A stretch of DNA of 62,272 nucleotides, the filler included, from Gonapodya sp. JEL0774 (lineage: Eukaryota), in the NCBI GenBank assembly GCA_027604505.1. It is 18 parts of 18 records of this genome, joined end to end, with 100 filler letters (N's around TTAATTAATTAA, not from the genome) between each part and the next. Parts side by side here need not be neighbours in the genome. Positions count along the whole stretch, not along the records: positions 52,026 to 55,376 come from JADIIX010001333.1; positions 55,477 to 58,826 come from JADIIX010001334.1; positions 58,927 to 62,272 come from JADIIX010001335.1; 15 more parts are not named here. The stretch is one strand, 5' to 3'. A program made the translations under genes and the position numbers. The number at the start of each line of letters is the position of its first letter. Position 1 is the first letter of the stretch. This document shows, piece by piece, positions 51,926-62,272 of this stretch. The notes beneath the pieces were generated by a model. The model was not told where the DNA came from, searched no databases, and saw only the letters and a list, made by a program, of their open reading frames with translations.

Positions 51926-52025
51926 NNNNNNNNNNNNNNNNNNNNNNNNNNNNNNNNNNNNNNNNNNNNTTAATTAATTAANNNNNNNNNNNNNNNNNNN
52001 NNNNNNNNNNNNNNNNNNNNNNNNN

Positions 52026-52743
52026 AGGTTGTTTTGCTCGGATGAGAGCTACAGGAACGTCCCATGCATTGTCATACAAGTCATCAACCATTCACAAGGT
52101 TCTTGAAGTACAACGTTCAACTCACGTTGGTTCCTCCAATACAGTGTTGGGTCGCCAGCATTCCGTCAAGCTTCCCCATGAGCATCTTGGTTTCCTTCTC
52201 GATCTGTAGTGCCAACTCTCTTGTAGGACTGAGAACCAGCACACTAACCATACCCTTCGGTGGCAAAGTTCCAGCGAGGAGCTTCTGGATGGAGGGAAGG
52301 AGAAAGGCGACTGTCTTGCCCGTGCCTGTTTTGGCCTGAGCCAGTACATCCTTTCCTGCGAGAATGTCGTTCACGGTAGCGGCTTGGACTTTTGTCATTT
52401 GGTCAAATGGAATCGACTGGAGAAGGCGGCGGTCAATCTTGCCGGCCAATGAGGAAAACGACACGTCAGACAAATGGGACGTGTTCAGAGTGGCCGGTGA
52501 TGTTCCGGCAGAGCTGATGGATGCCGTATCATCCACATCTTCGCCATCAGGATGGTCGAAGTTCGGAACAGGAGGCTGGTCATGATAAAAGGGGGACTCC
52601 TTCATGGGCGGCGCTGATCGCGCCTGTCGCACTCCTCCTCCTCTTCCTCCACCACCGCCGCGCCCGGCAAAGCCACGTCCACGAGCGAATCCACGTGCTC
52701 CGCGAATCACGTGACTAGCTCGTTGGCCCTGCGCTGGTAACAT
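52026..52743 (-). CDS. DEAD-box RNA helicase (Mss116-like), 5' part
   Basis: RGG-rich N-terminus, Q motif MTKVQ, motif I AQAKTGTGKT, motif Ia LSPTRELALQI, IGGT. Confidence 0.9.
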
Positions 52744-52942
52744 GTGGTTTGATGAGGAGTACAAGTTGTTTTTGCTTTCAGGGTTCCTAGCTAATGGAGC
52801 GGGCACAAATTCACGAGGTTTGGAGTTTGAGAAGTCTTACACGCCCAGGAAGAGAGGACTACGGACAGGGTAAAGTGAGTGTAATGCAATATTTGTTTCA
52901 TTGTCCCGTGTTGCTACGTCCGCTCTGACGGCACCATATATC

Positions 52943-52957
52943 ATTCCAGAACATTCT
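52943..52957. promoter_or_regulatory. Heat-shock element
   Basis: aTTCcaGAAcaTTCt about 200 nt upstream of the helicase ATG. Confidence 0.55.
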
Positions 52958-53669
52958 AGCCCCGACTGTGCGTTTGTCTCACGGCAGGTAGCGATACTGA
53001 TAGGATAGTCATGGACGATGTTTGCAGGCCAGTAAGGATCAACGTGAGTACGCCGCCTACTTCTTGTTGTAGTGCTTCCGACAGTGCAGGAGTGATGTAA
53101 AGTGGGAAGTGTGCCATAGTTTTATCCAGCAGCTAGCAAATCATGTCGAGCGGCGCAAAAGTAAATATTCAACCAACATGAATGGTAAGTGCTGTTCTTG
53201 TTCGAGTGCGAACAAAGCGTTCTGAAAGGCCTCCCCACCGGTGCGCCCACGTTAATTATTGTATTTTTATCCAGAGATCAAGCTGATCAGCAGCATGCTG
53301 GACAGAGGACTGACCTACGATCAGGTATCGAGGAGGTCCTTGCCCACCCAAATGCTCGGCGCTCGGCATTCTCTCGTCCTCAGCCCCTTTCAGACCTTCT
53401 CTCCCACCCACTCCAGCACTAGATGTGGAGGCTATCGTGTTCGCCGCTCTGCTTTTAATTTACTCACACCGCTCACTCCAGCCCAGTCCGACCTGGCTGT
53501 CAATTAAAGCGGTTCACTCAGTACCTGGAGATCCATTCCCAGAATGAATTTCCACCAGCACCTCGATCCGAACCTCCTCAAGCTGCCCTGCTCCCGGAGT
53601 ACAAGGCTCGCATCGGCAACCGGATCACCTGCCGGACTTCCTCCGGCGTCCACTTGTGAGTCATGGCGC

Positions 53670-53970
53670 TACTTTCGAGTGCGTGTCCCGTGATGTTCCG
53701 GCAGAGCTGACAGAGGCCGCATCATCGGATTTTTCCCATCTGAATGGTCGAATTTCCTAACATCGGGGAGTTCACGCCGGAGGGTGGACAGGTGCATGCG
53801 CATGAGCGGTGGTGTTCGTGCCTGTCACGGCACACTTCCTCCACTACCGCCCCTCCCGGCTCCACGAGCGAATCCACGAGCTCCGCAAATCACGCGACAA
53901 CCTCGCTGGCCCTGCGCTGGTAACATGCGGTCTGATTAGGAGTGCATTTAAGTCAGTTTTGCTTTTAGAG
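53670..53970 (-). pseudogene. Decayed duplicate of the DEAD-box gene 5' end
   Basis: Similar to 52480-52780. Reads MLPAQGQRGCRVICGARGFARG, then TGA and a frameshift. Confidence 0.85.
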
Positions 53971-54563
53971 AGGTGGTGCGGCTCAACCACCCCCTGAACC
54001 ATCCCCTGACATATTGTCTCATAAGAAAGCAAGGCGGAAAGCACACTCGGTGCGAAATATTTTTTACAACACACGCCCCAACTCCTCGTCACACCCAATT
54101 GCTCGACTGTTTTCATATATACAACGTTTGGCTGGTTCCTGACGGACCTTTGTCGTAGGGGAGATGAACACGCACGACCAACTCCAGACCACCATTCAAA
54201 ACACGGTGGCCACGGGACAAATTTCCGGGTCTCTATGGTGAAGGTATGGCGAGAAGGTTGACAGTTCTCATTCATCTCACTATCATCTCACGGAATGCCA
54301 GTATGCTCACACAGAATGGGATGCCCAGTCTATTTTCGATATCTGAGATGCCTTTTCCCTCATATTATGTATATGATTTCACAGGTTTCCACTGCTGGGG
54401 GAAGAAAAAACGTTTCAACATGATTATCCGCAGGCAGCGATCGAAAGTCGGCAGTGGGTCCTCTATTCTTTTCCTTGCTGACGTTGGATCACGGGGCCTC
54501 ATTTATAGAGCCCACCGTTCCTCCCAGATTCATCGAACTTGAAATTGCGCACAAATCTGGAGA

Positions 54564-55376
54564 ATGATGGCAGAATCTGGCACCGAAATATCCCAGCAGA
54601 CGTTGCTGACGGATCCGGAAGTCGCAATGGATCTATCGAAGGCAAAAGCCACCGAGACCGTCGTGGAGGATGAACCTACATCGGTGAAGCCTGGATCGCA
54701 GGAGGCCATCAAGTACACGCCGTTGACGTTTTCCTTACTGTTCATTGGGTGAGTTTGCCGACCATGACAACGAAAAGCGTTTACTTTCAAATCTGACGCT
54801 GTGGACGTCCGATCTTCACGTTCAATTTATACGCCGTTTCTGCAGGCTAGCGTGAGTTCTTACACTTTTCTTTGTGTGTTTGGACTGATATGATTCGCTC
54901 ATCGTATTTTGGCAATTGCCTGTTCATGATTACCAGACTGAGCGTGTTCCTAGCAGCGCTCGACCAGACCATCCTCGCGGTCGCCATTCGTGAGTTTATT
55001 GCGCACTTTTGCTGCTGTGTATGAGTTGTCTCCAACAGTGCCGCACCTGTTCGCATGTCGACCATAGCCTCCATTATCACTGGTGAGAAACCATCTTCTA
55101 TTGTTCTTCCCGTCCTCCGGCTCTCCTATTGAGTCCCTCTTAATCCATCTGTCTGTTAGATTTTCAAACCTTCAGCGGAACATCTTGGATTTTCACAGCC
55201 TACCTGCTGACCGGAACCGCCTTCATCCCTTCCTACGGCAAAGCGGCCGACATTTTCGGTCGCAAAGCCGTCATTCTGATCGCTATTGTCGTGTTTGAGC
55301 TCGGGAGTGCGCTCTGTGGTGCTGCGACGTCCATGAATATGTTGATCATTGGACGTGCCGTGGCAGGGCTCGGTGG
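54564..55376 (+). CDS. MFS drug:H+ antiporter (DHA2, 14-TMS), 3'-truncated
   Basis: FLAALDQTI, SWIFTAYLL, YGKAADIFGRK, GSALCGAA, IIGRAVAGLGG. Confidence 0.93.
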
Positions 55377-55476
55377 NNNNNNNNNNNNNNNNNNNNNNNN
55401 NNNNNNNNNNNNNNNNNNNNTTAATTAATTAANNNNNNNNNNNNNNNNNNNNNNNNNNNNNNNNNNNNNNNNNNNN

Positions 55477-55881
55477 GGCATTTTGAATTTTGCTTAATGG
55501 ACCCGCAGAGGATGCTCTCGGAGGAGATACTTTCTGGGCCACTGGAGTTTCTCTGTTCACCCCTGTTCCCTGGATGAGGGATGGTCCTTTGAAAGGACAT
55601 GTGTTTGTAAACGCTGGGGGCTTGGGGATCATGAAGAATGGTGAGTGTGAGTGCTGTTTGGTGGAATCGCTCCCATCCTCACATTGCCACTTTCACCAGG
55701 TCCCACACCAACATCGCTCCTCGATCTCATCGCTAACCCTTCAGCATCCGCTGGCGCGGGTGTTGTTGTGCGCTTTAGTATCGCTCGTTTGGAATTGAAC
55801 TACAGTTTGCCCTTGGCTATGCGAAGAGGGGACGAGGCCAGGCCAGGATGGCAGCTCGGATTAGGCGTACAGTTTTTGTAG
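55477..55881 (+). CDS. SAM50: Mitochondrial outer-membrane beta-barrel Sam50/Tob55, 3' end
   Basis: DALGGDTFW, HVFVNAG, SAGAGVVVR..ARLELNYSLPL, terminal beta-signal QLGLGVQFL*. Confidence 0.92.
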
Positions 55882-55993
55882 AAGGTAGGATAGATGATGC
55901 GCTGGGCCGTTTGTCCACGCTTAAACGGCTTGTATGTACATTACATTCGTAGCAAAACATTGTGTAATACCAAGACCATATGCATGTGTGCTG

Positions 55994-58826
55994 TCAAGTA
56001 CGCTGTTGTTTTACTAATAAATGTGATTGGTGTTGTACTGGTATTTGATTGCGTAAATCTAAATTTTGCAGGGTTTTCCTCAACGGGGCCGGTGCTGATA
56101 CGCGACCCGCGATTTGGTTGGTTATTGAGTTCCGTTGCGGCGGGACCGCCTTGGATAAGGTGGCAACAGGTTCGAAGGAGTTCCTAACTTTAGTCTGGTG
56201 AGATTGTGACATCAGTGGTTGTGATACAGGTACTGGCATTGTATGGTGAAGGTGAGCGTTTGGAGGGAGGGTAAAAATCTGGAATTTGTAATAGCTTCAG
56301 TTTCAATACCCTGTATGACCCAGGGCACAAGCAATGGCCACTCACCCATCGTTGCTGGCGTACAAGACCCAGAAAATCTCTCAACATCGGAGAGCTGGTT
56401 ATTGTCGCACTCGATCCAATAACAACCAGTTTCTTTTTAGCTCTTGTAAACGCAACGTTTAAACGACGCCAGTCGGCGAGGAGTTCTCCAACCTGAATTG
56501 AGGATATAAGGGCATCTCGCCAGAATATCACTTTCGTATTAGAAACTCACCTCATGGCTGCTATTTGAGCGAACAAGTGAAATGATGATCACATCTTTAT
56601 CTCGCCCCTGTGAGCTGTCGACCGTCAGAACTTCCACTGCCGTGTGGTGCTGGAGGTGCCTTGTGATCAACTTGAGCTGAGCCTTGTACGGTGAAATCAC
56701 ACCAATAGACTTATCGGGAACACCACAAACCATCAAAACGTCGATAGCCTGTGTGATAGGGTGCAAGATAAATATCATACGCCAAGTTTCTGTGGGAATA
56801 TCTCAATCACCTGCGCAACCAAAATCGCTTCAACTTCGTTTTGTGGAGGGCCCTCGTTTGCTTTCGTCTCCACAGCCGGAATGGTGTCGGTGTCAATGAA
56901 GCACACAGAATTCTTAGGCGCTATGAGATCTCGTAACCAGCATGAAGACTGACATGTGGTTCTATGCAAAGAAGCAACTCGGGATGGATGCAAATTATCT
57001 ATCTTCTCGGGATTGGGAATTCGGAGATGTGACTGAGCGACACTCGGGGACCCACAACGTAGGCGGTGATTATAGACGAGCGTATTGCTGACAAGCATAA
57101 TGTCGGAGTTCATGCGGTACTGAGTTGTCAGCGAGGCAATGGACTGCGGGTGTGCTTCCGATAAAACTTTGAATAAGCTTGCGCTCAGCTGTTCTTTTGC
57201 TTCTTGTGATCGGACCTGGGAATAGTCGCCTATTAGCAGCTCAGGCTGAATGAGGTGGCACTACACACTCACCACCGGTCTGAGTTGATAATGATCACCG
57301 ACGAGAATGAACTTGTCGGCGAAGCGGAGAGGTCCAATGCAAACTGGCAGCGTAATTTGCGATGCCTCGTCAACTATGCAATAATCAAAACGTCTCTTTG
57401 CAAAAATCGCACTGCGATAGCGAATCAAGATTAGTCGTCACGTCAAAATATTTGGAAAGATAACTCACTGCTTGATATTTTGGCATGTTGTCGCTACAAT
57501 CGAAGCGGTCATGTAGCAATCCTCGACTTCCTGAACAGTCTTGATTTTCTCTCCGATTCTTGGTACGTACGTTGTCAACGAATGATGAACCTGCGGAGGC
57601 GATGGCTTCATAAAATGGCCCGAGTTGTCTTGTTCGACGGTGATTACAGCGCACCTTGTCTACTTGTCCCACTCTCAAAAATTGAATCCCTTCCTCATGT
57701 AGCTTCAGGAGAACCGTATCAACGGCAGAGTTGGTTTGCGAAGTGAGGAGCACACTCCGTCCCTCTAGAACAAGCGCTCTAATAACAGCGGCTATAGTAG
57801 TGGTCTTTCCGGTCCCAGGCATACCAAGGATCAAAGCGTAGTCAAGAGCTGGTACGAGAACACAAACGTCTGGGTCAGATGAATGTTGTTTGAAGCTGAG
57901 AACCTGCAACTCACCGCGGCGAGCCTTGTCAAGTGCGTTTAGTTGGTCCGAGTTGAGAGACTGTAAGATTTGTTGGTCAAGATTTAATGCTTTTGCGTGC
58001 ATTGCGAATCTCGGGGGTTCAAGGTCGACCAACAGTGCTCTACGCCTTGCGTCTGATCCAGAAAGGAGAAGTTGTACAAGGTTGTTCCGCATGGTACCGA
58101 ACCCGCTGGCAAGCTCATCCTTGTCGATGCAAACCAGAATATCTTCCACAGAACTGATTGGAACCTCGTGCAGCCGCGCGAGACGCGCCTCGTCGGCAAG
58201 TCGCCCAATCCCATCAAAGTCTTGATTATCACGTGAGTCAAAATCTGGCATGTGGTTGGCACCTCGAAGTGCGTGGTCCAGTCCAATCGTAACAAAATCG
58301 TCTCGCAACTCAACCACAAACCCAATGCCAAGAGTCAGGCCCCCACTTTCCTTTGACACAATGATAGGATCACCAACGGAGATTTGAGAGTTCAAAAGAC
58401 CGTCGGACGCCATCAGATGTGATTTTGGTTGCGAGCGAACGAGCTTGTAGCGAAAGCGATTGATCCCGTTAACACGTCCACCATCAACGAATGATACAAC
58501 CCGCATATTACTGAAGCACCTGCAGAAGTAGCAATTTGGATCACGTTTCATCAGTAATGCCATATAGATCACGATGCAACCAACCGTCCATTCTTCTCCC
58601 GCTGGAGGCTCGACAAACACCAAAGATCCTTCCTGTACTTGACGGTTTCACCCTCCTCTAATGTCACCAGTCTGTCCCACTTTTCCAAGAACCGCGCATG
58701 AATGTCAGTGATGTGGCCAGTGGTTTCCTCAAAAAGGCTCCCGACTCCTGAAGAATCTGCTGTGCCCCCTTCAACGGCCTTTCAAGGAGCAAATTTGCCC
58801 ATCAGCTGTACTCTGAAACCGAACCA
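55994..58826 (-). CDS. DNA2: DNA replication helicase/nuclease Dna2, helicase half
   Basis: [81 protein letters not shown]. Confidence 0.95.
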
Positions 58827-59087
58827 NNNNNNNNNNNNNNNNNNNNNNNNNNNNNNNNNNNNNNNNNNNNTTAATTAATTAANNNNNNNNNNNNNNNNNN
58901 NNNNNNNNNNNNNNNNNNNNNNNNNNGAGGGAGACACCTATGCCACTTAGGCTTTTAATGGCACTCAGTGGCACTTAAGGCCACTTACCAGTTTCCAGAC
59001 GTGGTCTGCCGACCAAATCTCTCAAACGGCAACTAGTCGCCATTTTTCGATCACCTTCCAACATCACACCTAGAGCGCTCGCGCACC

Positions 59088-59750
59088 ATGATAGTGCGAT
59101 CGAATCTCTGTCGCGGGAGGTGGGCAGATCCGAGCCTGCTGAAGAGAACTGCGCGTTGGCACCCAGGGTTGATCTATGCAATGTCACCTAAAACCGGACT
59201 ATACCCTCTCACGGTAGCGGCATTGAGGGGTAACACACAAACAGCGGCTCTGCTTCTTGAAATGGGCGCAAACGCTAACGCTGGGAGAGGACAAGCTCTG
59301 TGGAGAGCCGTAGAGGAAGGACATGCAGACGTTGTGACGTTTCTGTTGCAACATGGCGCTGGCATGGACCTAGCCAATGACTGGCCTTTAAGGGTCGCTG
59401 CGATTTTCGGCCACCAAGAGACAATGCGTGTGCTGTTGGATCGAGGAGCTCATCCTAGTGGCCATGCGCTCGAGTGGGCGTCTTCGAATGGGCGCGTTGA
59501 TATGGTCATGATGCTGCTCAGCTACGGGGCAAATCCGAACTTTGAGGGGGCGCGACCACTCTGGGCTGCAGTTCGATCTGGGAAGTTAAATGTAGTGAAG
59601 TTGCTGTTGCAACGCGGCGCGGACGCATGTTCGGAGGACAATGGTGCCCTGCCTGTCGCAAAAGCATCTGGGCGGCTAGAAATACTGACGATTATTCAGA
59701 GTTATGCAGACTCGATCTTCCTCGACGTCACGAAAAAGCATTGTATCTAG
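59088..59750 (+). CDS. Ankyrin-repeat protein (about 6 repeats)
   Basis: Repeated PL/AL..A...G....V..LL..GA units. Confidence 0.9.
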   Translation: MIVRSNLCRGRWADPSLLKRTARWHPGLIYAMSPKTGLYPLTVAALRGNTQTAALLLEMGANANAGRGQALWRAVEEGHADVVTFLLQHGAGMDLANDWPLRVAAIFGHQETMRVLLDRGAHPSGHALEWASSNGRVDMVMMLLSYGANPNFEGARPLWAAVRSGKLNVVKLLLQRGADACSEDNGALPVAKASGRLEILTIIQSYADSIFLDVTKKHCI

Positions 59751-60068
59751 TCTAGAAGAATGTTGACAAAAAATTCCCTGAAACGCAGCGATTATGTCAC
59801 ACACGAGACTCGATGGCCGATGGGCATGCAAGAATGAGTGAACTGGGTTAGTTACTTGTTTAAGAACAATATTTGGCGGCACCGACGACTATGAGTACGG
59901 AGAGGCAATACATACCATACCGGTGAACGTTTGTATTTTGCCGTCCAAAACGTTTAATGTATGGATGCTAATCCTACCAGTGTGCACTCGACTTCAATTT
60001 TGATGTCTCTTCTTGCAGTTGAGGGCTGAGTTCCCACCTCAACCCTACACCTAACCCTAGCAACAATC

Positions 60069-62272
60069 ATGCCACCGAAGAAGCGGGCAGTCAACGAACC
60101 AGCTCCCTTGAAGAGGAAAGCCATCAGAGAGTACGTGTGAAATAAGCCTTTCCGCTGCCTGCGCCGAGCAGATCGCGTCAGTACAAACCGGTTGTCTTCC
60201 AAACATCCCGGTCAACAGGCCCACCCCCGTCGAGCCCGAGTCCGATGAGCCAACGCCAGAGCAAAGGCTCGAGAGCATCATCAAGCGAGTGTTGTTGAAG
60301 AGCTGTCGCCATCGCATCATGTTGTTTGTCGTTTTCCTCACCACCCGCCTGGTTTCTCGAATTGCCCCAGTCTGATTTACGGGGCTATAGACATCACCAA
60401 GAGCGGCGCTGTCGTCAAGAAAAGAGCACCAGCGACGAAGGAGGAACTCGCGGGGAAGTTGAAAGCACTGATTGAAAAAGAAGGTGTTGCAGGAGAGGAT
60501 GTCGATAGTGAGTTCAGGAACACAGACGGTCTAAGCTGCGAGACAGGATAGGGCTGCAATGCAAAGTGGACAGAAGACGGGAAAGATGTGCCAATCAGGG
60601 AAACGGAGGTCGACTGCTGGACTTGATGTTTGTGAAGACCAGGATTAATTGAGGCCCATACATTTCTCTCTCTCTACTTTCACCCAAATTTACCACTCTC
60701 ATGTGTCATATTCGATCTCTTTAGCCACGCTTTTGCCCGAACACCCTCGCACGTCCGTGCCCCTCGCCCTCCTCCGGACCATCATCGGACATCTCTCGGA
60801 TGGAACGCCGGAAGGTCTCGCCCAGGCAGCCACGGTCCTCGTTGTGGACTTCTTGCCGGCAGCGGATTTAGCTCTGGACGACGGAGTGCTGGAGATCGCA
60901 CAAGATTTTCTCACCCAGGTACAGTTTTGCCCCACGACTTTCTCTTTATTCTTTGGAGCTCGACCTTTACCATGCACCTCCGCGCATTCGGCTGCCTACA
61001 GGCTGCTCTTTCCTCGGACCTCGCCGAAGAACCGAATGTGATTGGACGGTTCCTGGGCAACTCGTCCATGCTTGCTGCGGAATTAAGTAAGCGGCTGGCA
61101 CAGAGCGCCGGTAAAGCACGCAAGGCGTGGAGTAGTGCGAGAAAAAAGGTCATGCAATGGGGCGAGGAGAAGAAAGAAGAGGTAGGTAGAATCGATCGGC
61201 AAGAGAAATCTTCTCTGTTGACACTTCCCTCCCCCTGAAAAACTAATCTTTATCACCATCCCCATAACACAAGATTCTCGAGGGCTTGAGCGATCCTCAA
61301 AGTCTTTTACTAGCCCATCCGTTTCCCGACACCTGGGTTGCTCTGCGGAATTATCTCCGGAATGTTGCAGTCCAGATTGTAAAGGAGGTTCGCCCTTCTC
61401 TCGCCGAAGACTGCTTTTATTCCGCTCTTCAAATCTTTTTATTTTGCTTTGTAGGTTCCCCCGTCTGCGGATGCTTGGACGAACTCGTCTGCGACATCTG
61501 CACCTTCTGGTCGAAGTACTAGATCTCCCGGTCGCATCTCTACCCGTGCTCGCGCGTCTGAATCATCTGCACTGTCGGAGATTGACGATGAAGAAGAGGA
61601 TGGAAAGTCCCAACCGAAAGACAAGTCGGTGATTAAGGCTAAGACGACAGGTATGAAAAGAGGCAGGGAGCCAGAGACAGACGTCGAGGACGAGGTTCCT
61701 GCGAAGCTAGCTGCTGTGGAAGCGGACGAGGTGGAGGAAGAAGAAGATCAAGACAACGTGCTTTTGGGTTCAAGACAGTCACAAATGTGTGTCCTCGATG
61801 AGTACCAGGTTTATAAACCACTGATGAATAGCGAGACACTTCCGTCCTTCGGTCTTTATACAGCAATTCCGCGGGATGGGAAACCAAGAACCCCCGTTTC
61901 CGCAGTCTGTCATGGGCGGGCTCACGTCCATCTGGTCCTACCGCATTAACATCCTCCACGAGGAGGAGCGTTAAAGGGCAAGTGCAAGACGCTGCAGACG
62001 TTATGACTGTTGACGAAGAAGATGACGACTTGTGAGTGCTATGTCCGGTCGGGTTCCAACTTTGACACCAATAAATGAGTTACCTTCAACACCGTCATGA
62101 AGCGAGGATCGTTTACAAGCTTTCGAGAAAGCCGAAGCGAGGTATCTTGCTCGAGAAGAAGCTGGCAACAAGAGCACCGCCAAGCGCAGGTCAACTCTCT
62201 CCAGTGGGAGGAGCAGTGAGGGTGATCCTCGCAAGGTGACTTTCAACAAGGTCGTTCAGAAACAGGCAGCGC
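60069..62272 (+). CDS. Hypothetical nuclear protein, multi-exon, 3'-truncated
   Basis: MPPKKR NLS-like start, helical middle exons, acidic/Ser-rich distal region. One splice phase near 61388-61455 is unresolved. Confidence 0.55.

Noticed and set aside
60069..62272. Tbf1/TRF-like telomere protein
   Set aside because: Only a vague resemblance; no Myb domain is visible before the contig ends.

Overview
This window is not one locus. It is 18 unrelated contigs of about 3.35-3.39 kb, sorted by decreasing length and joined by artificial 100-nt linkers (N44-TTAATTAATTAA-N44). The DNA is eukaryotic and intron-rich (GT-AG introns, several microexons). The gene mix points to an early-diverging fungus, possibly chytrid/monoblepharid-like (inference). 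Recognisable genes, most truncated by contig ends: LETM1-like, fasciclin, arsenite methyltransferase, TPS2, LtrA-like, P-type ATPase, PRP8, THUMP methyltransferase, ataxin-3, SPT3, SDR, SNF2-RING, MGM101, SEH1, Ran1-like kinase, two metacaspases, a DEAD-box helicase, an MFS transporter, SAM50, DNA2 and an ankyrin protein. The most interesting signals are: (1) a repeat protein with 7+ PP1-docking-like RVxF modules built by exon duplication; (2) an unrecognised secreted family with a QHGxWLxxCxGD motif, found on two contigs; (3) an AT-rich, intronless, virus/mobile-element-like contig with a dimeric ~163-bp repeat array; (4) an LTR retrotransposon 5' end preceded by heat-shock elements; (5) splice-site-phased G/C skew. 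All calls come from reading the sequence and remembered family motifs; no searches were run, and exon boundaries are approximate unless stated.
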